From an uncultured Clostridia bacterium (GTDB taxonomy: Bacteria > Bacillota > Clostridia > Christensenellales > CAG-917): 64,000 nt of DNA. Positions 38,353 to 47,805 of this stretch are shown here, one piece after another (position 1 is the stretch's first letter; each line of letters begins with the position of its first letter). The position numbers and the translations under genes are program-made. The DNA is taken from the NCBI GenBank assembly GCA_934233745.1, contig CAKQGN010000001.1, positions 258,621 to 322,620 of the forward strand, in the 5' to 3' direction. A model generated the notes under the pieces. The model was not told where the DNA came from, searched no databases, and saw only the letters and a program-made list of their open reading frames with translations.

Positions 38353-38480
38353 TGCGACAAATCTGAATATTTTGGTGTGAGAGACCTATTACCTCGGTAA
38401 CAGGTGCATTTTCGCATTACATAGCTCTTACACCGTATATAGCATGTGGATTTGTCGCAGAATCAGCGAGATGCACTTGT
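38353..38480 (+). ncRNA. structured 5' leader (candidate cis-regulatory RNA, class unknown)
   Basis: Nested helices: TGCGACAAATC/GATTTGTCGCA (38353-63 / 38449-59), GGTGTGAGAG/CTCTTACACC, CCTATTACC/GGTAACAGG. Alternative pairing GTGCATTTTCGC (38404-15) with GCGAGATGCAC (38467-77), followed by a U-rich tract. Confidence 0.45.
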
Positions 38481-38536
38481 TATATTTTTATATTTTTTTA
38501 TAGTATTAGTGCCTCTCGATATAGCGGAGGAGAACA

Positions 38537-40783
38537 ATGAAAAGATTTTGTAGAGCAACTATTTTAGTGGTTTTGGTGCTTGTTTTATCGCTTTTGGTTG
38601 TTGTTGCTTGCGACGATAAAAATAATAATAACAGAAATGAAAATAATAACCAAACCGCTCATACGCATACATTTTCGAGTGATTGGCAATCTGACGCAAC
38701 ATATCATTGGCACAACGCAACGTGTGAACATATCAATGAAAAGAGCCAAATGGAAGTTCATCGATTTACAGACGATACTTGTGATGTCTGTCATTATAAA
38801 AGAATTATCGACACAACTGAAATAAGCGTTGATTTTTACGTTGATGGTGTTTTATATTTTTCAAATGATACGATAAATAACGCTGTTGTTTTTCCAAATG
38901 ATCCACAAAAATCAGGTTTTACTTTTGATGGATGGTATTTAGATAACAATATCTGGAAAAACAAAGTTATGAATGGAACACAGTTTGATAGTGATAGTTC
39001 TGTCATCTTATATGCGCATTTCAAAGAGAATATTTACAAAAAGTTTTATAGCGAAAATGATTTTTCGTCTGTCGAACTTGAATTAATATTAGATGAAGGG
39101 TGGTGTGTTTATACGACTTCCACGTCAAAGTCCAGCCAAAACATTGACGTAAACAGCGACGTGGGATACATAGAGAGTATCAACGGATTTGTGGCGGAAA
39201 AGGACGGCTCGCTTTCTATCGTGCTTTGTGACGACCAAAACGTCTATTTCGAAGGCGGTATGAAGGGGCAAATTTTCCCCGATTGGATTAACGTGAGTGC
39301 ACTTAGAGTTAAGGACAATCTCATTGCATGTAAGTTTGCAAACGGCGAGGCAGGCGTTTTTGATAAGAGCGGCAATACTGTGTTGTCGCGCTCTACCGTA
39401 AGCGGCGCGTCCGAGGCAAACATTGACGACGTCATCAAGATTTTGGACGGAAGTATGATTGCCGTGTCCGAAAAATACGACACAAAACCGGCAAAAGGCT
39501 TTACTTCCGTTTATCGTCCTACAACGAGCGGCGACGTGTACAATAGAGGTCAACTCGTGTGCAGAGTGCAAAACGATGACGCAAAACTCTCTTATATGAG
39601 AGGTTTTGACGGCAAATACGTGAGCGTTGTGGGCAACTCCGAAGGCGATTATATCTTTGCGATTCCACAAAGCGCAAGTAGTGATATAAACATCATTGCT
39701 ACGACAAACGGTACTGTCGAGAACAACGGCAATGACGATTATTACAGCGAAATCACATATATGGGAAATGGTAAGTTTTTTATTCACGAGGACTGGACTG
39801 TCTCATCGACGGACAATTACGCCTACTATGACGGATTCGGTTATTACTGCTTTAAGCGCAGAATTTATACACCCGATAACGATGTTACGAGTGAATATAC
39901 ACAAAATGCAGACAAGGTGTTTCTCTATCTCGAAAACGCGTACTACGGTGGCGATAAGGGCGGTGTTGATTGTACTCAATACATCAATAATGAGTTTACA
40001 TATGCGTGCTATGGATTGTCGATAATAGATAAGGTTGGCGTTTATGATCAATTCATTTTAGATGAAAATTTTAATATTGTAATGTCGCTAAAATCTTACT
40101 ATAAAACAAATACTAATAGTGTCGGTCGTACTGATAAGCATTATGATTTACTGTTGCATTGCGTAGATGGTTACTATTATTGCCCGTTTAGTACGAACGA
40201 AATTATTATTTGGGATGAAAATTGCAATATTGTCGGGAATAATAGCATTTCAATTGTAGAGGCACAATTGTCAAATGGAATAATAATAGCAAAGATTATT
40301 AACCCTGATGATGAGAATAGTTATCTCTATGGCGCAATGGATGTTAAAGGTAAGGTAATTATTCCGTTTGAATATTCTTCTCTTTCCGCATTTAGAGATT
40401 CTTATACCATAGGCATGAAGTACGATAGTGATGCAAAGAGAACGCTTCCGTATATTATCGGTAGCGACGGCAAGGTCGTCACCGAGATGAGCGACGGTAC
40501 AACACCACTCGGTGGTATTGCTCTAACGTCCTCTGCCCAACTTATCTACAAAAATGGTTGCTATATGTATCGTATCCATACGACGGATGAGAATGGAAAA
40601 GATGTCAGTCTTTTCGGTATCAAGAACTTCAACCCGAATGTCAATGAAAACGTGGTTATGCCTGCTACTATGGAATCGGGGAGTGCGCTTTACGCATCGT
40701 CCAAATGCCCGAATAGGGTGTTTGCGTTTGCAAAAAATACAAATGGCACTAGTGCAACTTATAAAATTTATAGGTTGATTTAA
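38537..40783 (+). CDS. large surface lipoprotein with His/Cys-rich module, Flg_new/InlB-B-type repeat and WG-type repeats
   Basis: Lipobox LLVVVACDD and an Asn-rich linker. HTHTF...HWHNATCEH...CDVCHY module, GFTFDGWY repeat, and late motifs resembling WG repeats (GAMDVKGKVIIPFEYSSLSAF). Confidence 0.7.
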   Translation: MKRFCRATILVVLVLVLSLLVVVACDDKNNNNRNENNNQTAHTHTFSSDWQSDATYHWHNATCEHINEKSQMEVHRFTDDTCDVCHYKRIIDTTEISVDFYVDGVLYFSNDTINNAVVFPNDPQKSGFTFDGWYLDNNIWKNKVMNGTQFDSDSSVILYAHFKENIYKKFYSENDFSSVELELILDEGWCVYTTSTSKSSQNIDVNSDVGYIESINGFVAEKDGSLSIVLCDDQNVYFEGGMKGQIFPDWINVSALRVKDNLIACKFANGEAGVFDKSGNTVLSRSTVSGASEANIDDVIKILDGSMIAVSEKYDTKPAKGFTSVYRPTTSGDVYNRGQLVCRVQNDDAKLSYMRGFDGKYVSVVGNSEGDYIFAIPQSASSDINIIATTNGTVENNGNDDYYSEITYMGNGKFFIHEDWTVSSTDNYAYYDGFGYYCFKRRIYTPDNDVTSEYTQNADKVFLYLENAYYGGDKGGVDCTQYINNEFTYACYGLSIIDKVGVYDQFILDENFNIVMSLKSYYKTNTNSVGRTDKHYDLLLHCVDGYYYCPFSTNEIIIWDENCNIVGNNSISIVEAQLSNGIIIAKIINPDDENSYLYGAMDVKGKVIIPFEYSSLSAFRDSYTIGMKYDSDAKRTLPYIIGSDGKVVTEMSDGTTPLGGIALTSSAQLIYKNGCYMYRIHTTDENGKDVSLFGIKNFNPNVNENVVMPATMESGSALYASSKCPNRVFAFAKNTNGTSATYKIYRLI

Positions 40784-40844
40784 TTGCGATATTTGGATTG
40801 CGCGATATTCAAATTTTAGACTAAATATTATGTAGGTAACAATT

Positions 40845-41204
40845 ATGGATTTTATGAATGAACTTGAAAATTTTAAGAAAAAGTTTAATAAGGAAATACA
40901 AACAACTCTTGACCAAAAAGGTGCAAGATTTATACTGCTAAAGAGTCCTTTAATACAAACCGAATTATCTAATTTAAGACAAAATGATTGTGAACTATAT
41001 TTATGGATAGAAAATGATGGAGAATGTAGCATAACAGTAAATGATGATATATGTACACATATACTCCTAGGAGATAGAAAAATAGTATCCAATAAAAAAG
41101 TATATAACAATGATGATTTATCTAAATATAAAGGTGCGGTTATTGCTTGTTGCGTATATCTCGATAGTATAGATGCTAACAACATAAATACGTTTTTGGC
41201 TTAA
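40845..41204 (+). CDS. hypothetical cytoplasmic protein (119 aa), AT-rich
   Basis: ORF with no signal peptide or known motif; followed by a terminator-like hairpin at about 41208-41236. Confidence 0.5.
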   Translation: MDFMNELENFKKKFNKEIQTTLDQKGARFILLKSPLIQTELSNLRQNDCELYLWIENDGECSITVNDDICTHILLGDRKIVSNKKVYNNDDLSKYKGAVIACCVYLDSIDANNINTFLA

Positions 41205-41362
41205 TAAATTAAAAGGCAGTCGAAAGATTGCTTTTTCCATAATTTTTAATTATGGATATGGGGCGGTTTCGGTTGACTTTGGCGGCGGAAGTGATAAAAT
41301 AGTCTTTCCATACGGATAGAGGGAATCTGACGAGAAATATTTTCAAACGATACGGATAGGGT

Positions 41363-42928
41363 ATGAAGCCAATTCATTTGCATCATCATCACGGTGCTTC
41401 CGCACTCAAAGACATGGATATGACCAACGGACCGCTGCTCAAAAAGCTCATTGCGGTGTCGTTGCCTCTTGCTTTTTCGGGCATATTGCAGTTGCTGTTC
41501 AATGCGGCGGATTTGATTGTCATAGGACAGTTTTCCGAGACGAGTACGCAATCGCTTGCGGCGGTTTCCTCAAACGTTGCGCTGATAAATCTTGTTATCA
41601 ACGTTGTCATCGGATTGTCGATAGGCACAAACGTCGTTATGAGCCAAGCCATAGGTTCTCGCGACGAAAAACGCGCGCAAAACACCGTGCATACGTCCGT
41701 GCTTCTTTCGCTCATCGGCGGAACTGCGGTGGGGCTTGTGGGTGTGTTTTGCGCAAGGTATTTCCTTGTGTGGATGAAGACGGATCCCGAAATTCTCGAC
41801 AAAGCCACCGATTATTTGTTTATTTATTTCATCGGAACGCCGGCAGCGGTGCTGTACAACTTCGGCGCGTCCATATTGCGAGCAAAAGGCGACACGAAAC
41901 GTCCGCTCGTTTATCTGACGATTGCCGGCGTAATCAACGTTGCGCTCAATCTCATTTTCGTCATTGTCGCAAAACTCGACGTCGAGGGCGTTGCGATTGC
42001 CACCATAGTGAGCCAATATATATCCTGCATACTGCTTGTCATCACGTTGCTTAAAGAAGAGGGATATTGCAAACTCGTTCTCAAAAAACTCCGTTTTCAC
42101 AAGAGCGAGTTGTTGCAAATACTCAAAGTCGGATTGCCGAGCGGAATTCTCAATTCGTTTTTCTCGATTGCAAACGTGCTTATACAGACCAATCTCAACG
42201 TATTCGGATATTCGCTTGTTGCAGGCAGTTCGACGGGCAGCAATCTGGAAGGCTTCGTATATACGTCCATGAATGCCGTTTCAAACGCAACCGTCACTTT
42301 TGCAGGACAGAATTACGGCGCGAAAAAGCCCGAGCGTATCAAAAAAACCGCCATCGAAGCCTCGATTATGATAATCGTAATCAGCTTGATCTGGACGTTG
42401 ATTTTGCTCACGGCAGGGCAGTATATCGCAAAACTTTACACGCCCGATCCCGTTGTCATTCAATATGCTTGCGAAAGGATGAAAATCATTTTGCCCATTT
42501 ATTTTGTGTGCGGAATCGTGGAAGTTTTGGTGGGATGTATGCGCGGTATGGGTTATTCGTTTACGCCGATGATTGCCAATTTCTTCTGCATATGCGTTTT
42601 CCGTATCGTGTGGATTTACACCGCTTGCAAGGCGGTAAATACGCCGCAAATGCTGTATTTGAGTTGGCCGATAAGCTGGATTCTGAACATCGTTGTGGAC
42701 GGAATTATTATGGCGATTATCTATAAGCGCGAAAAACCAAAACTTATGGCGGCAAGAAATGAGCAATCCTCATCTCAAACCGATAAGAGCGAAATTTCGC
42801 CCGAGATTCAGGCACAGGACGCGGAAGAATACAGAAGAGAGGCGATATTCGAAGAAGAATGTGCGTGTTCAAAAGACGGGCTTCAAAACGACGATACATG
42901 CCGGGAAAACAACGAAAAGGAACAATAA
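41363..42928 (+). CDS. MATE-family efflux transporter with about 60-aa hydrophilic C-terminal tail
   Basis: The N-terminal DMTNGPLLKKLIAVSLPLAFSGILQ signature and 12 TM are typical of MATE. Promoter TTGACT - 16 nt - TAAAAT at 41273-41300. Confidence 0.85.
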   Translation: MKPIHLHHHHGASALKDMDMTNGPLLKKLIAVSLPLAFSGILQLLFNAADLIVIGQFSETSTQSLAAVSSNVALINLVINVVIGLSIGTNVVMSQAIGSRDEKRAQNTVHTSVLLSLIGGTAVGLVGVFCARYFLVWMKTDPEILDKATDYLFIYFIGTPAAVLYNFGASILRAKGDTKRPLVYLTIAGVINVALNLIFVIVAKLDVEGVAIATIVSQYISCILLVITLLKEEGYCKLVLKKLRFHKSELLQILKVGLPSGILNSFFSIANVLIQTNLNVFGYSLVAGSSTGSNLEGFVYTSMNAVSNATVTFAGQNYGAKKPERIKKTAIEASIMIIVISLIWTLILLTAGQYIAKLYTPDPVVIQYACERMKIILPIYFVCGIVEVLVGCMRGMGYSFTPMIANFFCICVFRIVWIYTACKAVNTPQMLYLSWPISWILNIVVDGIIMAIIYKREKPKLMAARNEQSSSQTDKSEISPEIQAQDAEEYRREAIFEEECACSKDGLQNDDTCRENNEKEQ

Positions 42929-43014
42929 AGTTTGTTGCCGTGAAAAAATCCTTCCGAAAGCGGAAGGATTTTTTTGATAATACGATTTTTATTGCTTGCC
43001 GACGTGCTTTTTGA

Positions 43015-44283
43015 TTATTTTGCGATATCGCGGTCAAAGTTTTCAAGGCACTTGACGGAGATAGCATAGCAGTCTGCAAGACACTCGGGGTTGAGATTGT
43101 CGGCAGTGTCGCGCATTGTGTGATAGTAGTCTTGAAGGTTGTGGTCGAGAGCGGTTATTCCGGTTGAGCGGAAGCCCGCTTTGTTGAACGCCGCATTGTC
43201 TGTCGCGCCGCCAAAGGGAGGAACCCATGTCTTTGTGCATTTGATGCCGAGTTCGTTTGCCGCCGATATGAACGAATCGCTGACTTCTTTGTCTGATTTT
43301 ACAGTGCCGTTGAGGTCGCGATAGTTGACGCCGAGAAAACGGCTTTCGTGAATTGTGTCGTATGAGTATATCCAAGTAGGCACATCGTCGAATTCGCCTT
43401 TGTGCGCTTCACACCATGCCATTGCGCCCCTGAGTCCCGCTTCTTCGCTGCCCGAAATGATGACGCCGACCTCGGTGTGTTCGAGCTCTATGCCTTGTTC
43501 TTTCATCGCTTTCAGGATTGCGATGCCCATATAGCAACCGGTGAGATTGTCGTTTGCGCCGTCGGTGATAGTGTTCTCGTCCCACATGAAGTACATGCCG
43601 ACAAGGCAGGGAACCATCGCCAAAATCGCGATACCCATCCAAAACAGCACTGCTCCGTACAGCGAGATATAGCCTGCAACTGTGTAGTCGACAACGGGTT
43701 GGCATTTTGTCGCGACCGCAGCCGCAATGTTCAATCCCAACACCACAAGACCGCTCACAACGCTCGTCACAAGGTGCGCAACGTGTGCGGTGCCTCCGAA
43801 TCTGTTGTTTACGGGCCAGTTCCAAACCGCATCGGGATGTCCGTTGAAAAAAACTCTGCCTTTGACTTCGCCTGTGCATTTTTTGATTGCGGTGACGCTG
43901 TGTCCGGTCTTTTTGGGGAAGAATTTGTCAACGAGTTTTTTGTAAAGTCCGAATTGAACGAACAAAATCACAAAACCGATTGCCGTCAGAATTGCGCCGA
44001 GTATCGGCAAAAAGAAGAACAGAACCATGCCTGCAAGCACAAGCGTGATCGTGAAATAAATCCAACCGAAAAACGCATTCGGGTGTTCGGTGAATGTTTC
44101 TATGTCCGATCTCTCGCATCCGCAGTCGTTTTTCAGGTAATCTGCCATATACTCGCATGCCATTTTTTCGCCCTCCGATCCCGGATCGCGTTTTGGCATA
44201 TTGTTGCAGATATGAGCAATTTCGTCGCACATGAAAGTTGCGCTTTGCGCTTTGTTGTCGATAAGTTTTTGAAGTTTTCCCAT
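43015..44283 (-). CDS. M28-family metallopeptidase with membrane-spanning insertions
   Basis: M28 blocks (DPGSEGEKMACEY, GHPDAV, GANDNLTG, SGSEEAGLRG, YHTMRDT) are interrupted by about 5-6 hydrophobic helices. Confidence 0.7.
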   Translation of the reverse strand: MGKLQKLIDNKAQSATFMCDEIAHICNNMPKRDPGSEGEKMACEYMADYLKNDCGCERSDIETFTEHPNAFFGWIYFTITLVLAGMVLFFFLPILGAILTAIGFVILFVQFGLYKKLVDKFFPKKTGHSVTAIKKCTGEVKGRVFFNGHPDAVWNWPVNNRFGGTAHVAHLVTSVVSGLVVLGLNIAAAVATKCQPVVDYTVAGYISLYGAVLFWMGIAILAMVPCLVGMYFMWDENTITDGANDNLTGCYMGIAILKAMKEQGIELEHTEVGVIISGSEEAGLRGAMAWCEAHKGEFDDVPTWIYSYDTIHESRFLGVNYRDLNGTVKSDKEVSDSFISAANELGIKCTKTWVPPFGGATDNAAFNKAGFRSTGITALDHNLQDYYHTMRDTADNLNPECLADCYAISVKCLENFDRDIAK

Positions 44284-44502
44284 AAACCTCTCCCATATAT
44301 TTGTATAAATTTATTATACAATACAAACGTTTGACGTTTCAATATGCGCTTTTGTCAAAATCTGCCCGAATAATCGACAAAAATTCAAATTTGTATTGTT
44401 ATTGTCGGGCTTTTTTTAACAGAAAATAAAATCTTCCATAATGAGCGGCGATGTGATATACTTATCAAAAGAAAATCTGCAATGAGTAAAAGAGGAGAAA
44501 GT

Positions 44503-45297
44503 ATGCAAGAAAAGTGTAGTTGCTCAAAAGAGCCGAGCGGAACGATTCCTATCATGAGAATCATCGAAAAAATCGACGACATGTTTGAAAAAGACGATTT
44601 GCAAGGCGCAAAGCGTGTGCTTGAATACTGGGAAAAAGAGGCGAAAGCACTCAACGACGCAAAAGGTTTGCTCGAAGTGTTGAGCGAGCAAATAGGACTT
44701 TATCGCAAGCTCGGCGAAAAAGACAAAGGGCTTGCCGCCGTCGGCGAGGCTCTCGCGCTTTTACAGTGCAGCGGCACTTGTTCGAGCGTGGGCGACGCCA
44801 CAATCTATCTCAACTGCGCCACCACAATGAAAGCGTTTGGCAAAGCGGATGAGGCTATGCAATACTATGAAATTGCAAAAGAGCAGTATGAAAAGTCGTT
44901 GCCAAAGGACGACTACCGTCTTGCAGGACTTTACAACAACTATGCAACGGCTCTTTGCGATTTACATAGATTTGAAGATGGCAGAGAGCTGTACGACAAG
45001 GCAATAGATTTGCTTAGAAACAAGGGCGGTTTTTGCGAGCTTGCAGTGTCGTATGTCAACCTTGCGCACCTTGTATACGACGAGGCGCAGGTTACGGGAA
45101 AAGAGAGTGACGACGAGATTGACAAATTGCTTGAAAAAGCGTATGAGTGCTTGAACGACGAGTCGTTCGAGCATGACGGAAACTATGCGTTCGTATGCTC
45201 CAAGTGCGCTCCGGCATTTGGATTTTTCGGCTTTTTCAATGAGAAGGCGGAGCTTGAAAAGCGTGCAAAAGAAATTTACGAAAACAACAGAAAATGA
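44503..45297 (+). CDS. TPR-repeat protein
   Basis: Repeated A/L/Y-rich 34-aa helical pairs (ATIYLNCATTMKAFGKADEAMQYYE, AGLYNNYATALCDLHRFEDGRELYD). ATG at 44503 after AGGAGA. Confidence 0.7.
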   Translation: MQEKCSCSKEPSGTIPIMRIIEKIDDMFEKDDLQGAKRVLEYWEKEAKALNDAKGLLEVLSEQIGLYRKLGEKDKGLAAVGEALALLQCSGTCSSVGDATIYLNCATTMKAFGKADEAMQYYEIAKEQYEKSLPKDDYRLAGLYNNYATALCDLHRFEDGRELYDKAIDLLRNKGGFCELAVSYVNLAHLVYDEAQVTGKESDDEIDKLLEKAYECLNDESFEHDGNYAFVCSKCAPAFGFFGFFNEKAELEKRAKEIYENNRK

Positions 45298-45342
45298 GTT
45301 TTATATCGCTATAATGCGACTATAAAACGGCGATTGTGTCAT

Positions 45343-46284
45343 ATGAAAGGAATTGAACAAGCAAGAAAGTTTTATACTGAAGTCGGCAAAAAGATGATTG
45401 CGGACGAGTTTAAAGATTATCAAAACCGCATAGCAGTCGGACTTGCAGGACACGGCTCGGAGTGCTTCGGATTTGACGATGAAGTGTCGTGCGATCACGA
45501 TTTCGAGGTGGGGTTTTGTATGTGGCTGACAAGGGAAGACGAGGAGAAAATCGGCTTCAGACTGTTGCGTGCCTACGACAAATTGAAAGAGGAATACGCC
45601 CTGCAAAACGGTTTGAAAAACTCACGTCAAAGCACGGCGGGAGCGAGCGCGCAAGGAGTGTATACGATTGATGATTTTTATCGTCGTTACACGGGGTGTG
45701 ACGGTGCGCCGAGGACATGGCAGGATTGGCTCTACACAGATTCGCTTTTCTTTGCAGAGGCGACCAACGGAGAGGTTTTTCGTGACGACTTGGGAGAGTT
45801 TTCAAACATTCGCAACAAAATCTTGCAAGGTATGCCCGAGGACGTTCGCGCCAAAAAGATAGGCTCGCTTGCAGTAAATATGGCGCAAACGGGACAGTAT
45901 AATTATGACCGCTGCCTCAAACACGGCGAGGACGGAGCGGCTATGCTTGCGCTTTGCGAGTTTGTCAAGGGGGCGTGTGCTATGGCATTCTTGCTTGAAA
46001 AAAAGCATATGCCGTACTACAAGTGGGCGTTTAAGGCGATGCGTACTCTGAATAAATTTGGCGAACTTGCCTCTCCGCTTGAATTTTTGCTCACCGCCGA
46101 CAACGATGAAAACGGCAAGAAAGTCAAGCGCGAAATTGTCGAGGACGTGTGCGGCGCGTTTTCAAAAGAGATAAACGAACAATTCGATTTGGGCGTTGAG
46201 GGACGATATTTGGAACCGTTCGGATATGCCATACAAAAGCGCATAAAGAACGCAGAAATCCGCAATTTGCATGTGATTTTGTGA
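45343..46284 (+). CDS. DUF4037-like (nucleotidyltransferase-fold) protein
   Basis: N-terminal GLAGHGSECFGFDDEVSCDHD block, which I recall as characteristic of DUF4037. Assignment from memory only. Confidence 0.5.
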   Translation: MKGIEQARKFYTEVGKKMIADEFKDYQNRIAVGLAGHGSECFGFDDEVSCDHDFEVGFCMWLTREDEEKIGFRLLRAYDKLKEEYALQNGLKNSRQSTAGASAQGVYTIDDFYRRYTGCDGAPRTWQDWLYTDSLFFAEATNGEVFRDDLGEFSNIRNKILQGMPEDVRAKKIGSLAVNMAQTGQYNYDRCLKHGEDGAAMLALCEFVKGACAMAFLLEKKHMPYYKWAFKAMRTLNKFGELASPLEFLLTADNDENGKKVKREIVEDVCGAFSKEINEQFDLGVEGRYLEPFGYAIQKRIKNAEIRNLHVIL

Positions 46285-46291
46285 GGTAAAT

Positions 46292-46615
46292 ATGATAAGC
46301 GTAAATATTTATTACAAAGGTACGAACGGAAAAGCGAAAAAGTTTGTCGAAGAGATGATAAAAAGCGGCGTCGTCGACGAAATCCGCGCCGAAAAAGGCA
46401 ATCTCGGCTACGAGTATTTTCTTTCTGCGGACAAGCCTGACGTCGTACTGCTGGTTGACAAATGGGAAAATCAAGATGCGATAAACGCGCATCATTCTTC
46501 GCCGATGATGGCTAAGATAATCGCTTTGCGCGACAAATACGATTTGCAAATGAAAGTGGAGCGTTTCGTGTCCGACGACGTGCCGAGCGGCGACGAAAAA
46601 TATATCCGCAAATAA
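46292..46615 (+). CDS. antibiotic-biosynthesis-monooxygenase (ABM) domain protein
   Basis: 107 aa; the LLVDKWENQDAINAHHSSP motif is typical of ABM / quinol monooxygenase-like proteins. Confidence 0.65.
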   Translation: MISVNIYYKGTNGKAKKFVEEMIKSGVVDEIRAEKGNLGYEYFLSADKPDVVLLVDKWENQDAINAHHSSPMMAKIIALRDKYDLQMKVERFVSDDVPSGDEKYIRK

Positions 46616-46631
46616 AAAATTACGGTGAGCT

Positions 46632-47054
46632 ATGAGAGAAAAATCTTGCGGAACAGTGACTTTTACAAGAGTTGACGGACAAATAAAATACTTGCTCACA
46701 AAAACCGAGTACGGCGTGTACGGCTTTGCAAAAGGACATGTCGAGCTGGGAGAGAGCGAAAGACAAACCGCAGTGCGGGAAACGTGGGAAGAAACGTCCG
46801 TAAAGCCCAAAATAGTCAACGGATTCAGAAAAACAATCCAATACAAACTCAAAAACGGCAACGACAAAACGGTGGTGTTCTTTTTGGGATACTTTGAAAA
46901 TCAGACGCCGTGCCACAATGAAGGTTTTGAAGATATGTCGTATGAGTTGGTTTCTTATGACGAGGCTATGAAACTGCTTACTTTTGACAATACAAAGCGT
47001 ATTCTCAAAAGAGCAAACGATTTTTTGACGAAACAGAAGGAGAAAAAATCATGA
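46632..47054 (+). CDS. NUDIX hydrolase
   Basis: Nudix box GHVELGESERQTAVRETWEETSV. Confidence 0.85.
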   Translation: MREKSCGTVTFTRVDGQIKYLLTKTEYGVYGFAKGHVELGESERQTAVRETWEETSVKPKIVNGFRKTIQYKLKNGNDKTVVFFLGYFENQTPCHNEGFEDMSYELVSYDEAMKLLTFDNTKRILKRANDFLTKQKEKKS

Positions 47055-47794
47055 TACTTTGCTTTTCGGGAACGGGCAACAGCAAATATATCGCAAAGAA
47101 AATACAATCCGCGCTCGGCGACGAAATAGTGGACTTAAACGCAAAGATAAAAAGCGATGACCATTCGCAAATCGAAGTGAAGGACAGACTTGTTTTCGTC
47201 ACGCCGACTTACGGTTGGCGTATGCCGAGAATCGTAAGCGATTTTGTGAAAAATACGCCGTTTTCGGGAGAAAAAAGAGCGTGGTTTGTGTTGGATTGCG
47301 GAGGAGAAATCGGCAATGCGCAAAAATACATCGTCAAACTTTGCGAGGATAAAGGGTTTGAATACATGGGTGTGAAAGGTATCCTCATGCCCGAAAACTA
47401 TATTGCTTTGTTTAACGCACCCGACGAGGAGCATGCCAAACAAATTATAAAAAAAGCAGAGCTTCCCATCAAAGAAGCCATCGAAACAATCGATAAAGGC
47501 GAGTGCTTTGCAAAGCCGAGATGCAATTTGTATGACAGAATCATGTCGTCGCTTGTCAACGATTTGTTTTTCAAGCACATCGTCAAGGCGGACAAATTTA
47601 CCGTGTCGGACAAGTGCATAGGTTGCGGAAAGTGCGCAAAACTTTGTCCGCTCAACAATATCGTTTTGGACAACAACAAACCGGTGTGGGGCAAAAACTG
47701 CACTCATTGCATGGCATGTATCTGCCATTGTCCGACCGAAGCTATCGAATACGGCAAAAAGAGCGTCGGTAAGCCCAGATACCATATCGATTGA
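47051..47794 (+). CDS. flavodoxin-like / 2x[4Fe-4S] ferredoxin fusion (EFR1-type)
   Basis: N-terminal MILCFSGTGNSKYIA flavodoxin-like loop. Two clusters, CIGCGKCAKLCP and CTHCMACICHCP. Confidence 0.75.
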   Translation: MILCFSGTGNSKYIAKKIQSALGDEIVDLNAKIKSDDHSQIEVKDRLVFVTPTYGWRMPRIVSDFVKNTPFSGEKRAWFVLDCGGEIGNAQKYIVKLCEDKGFEYMGVKGILMPENYIALFNAPDEEHAKQIIKKAELPIKEAIETIDKGECFAKPRCNLYDRIMSSLVNDLFFKHIVKADKFTVSDKCIGCGKCAKLCPLNNIVLDNNKPVWGKNCTHCMACICHCPTEAIEYGKKSVGKPRYHID

Positions 47795-47805
47795 CAGGTG
47801 ACCGT

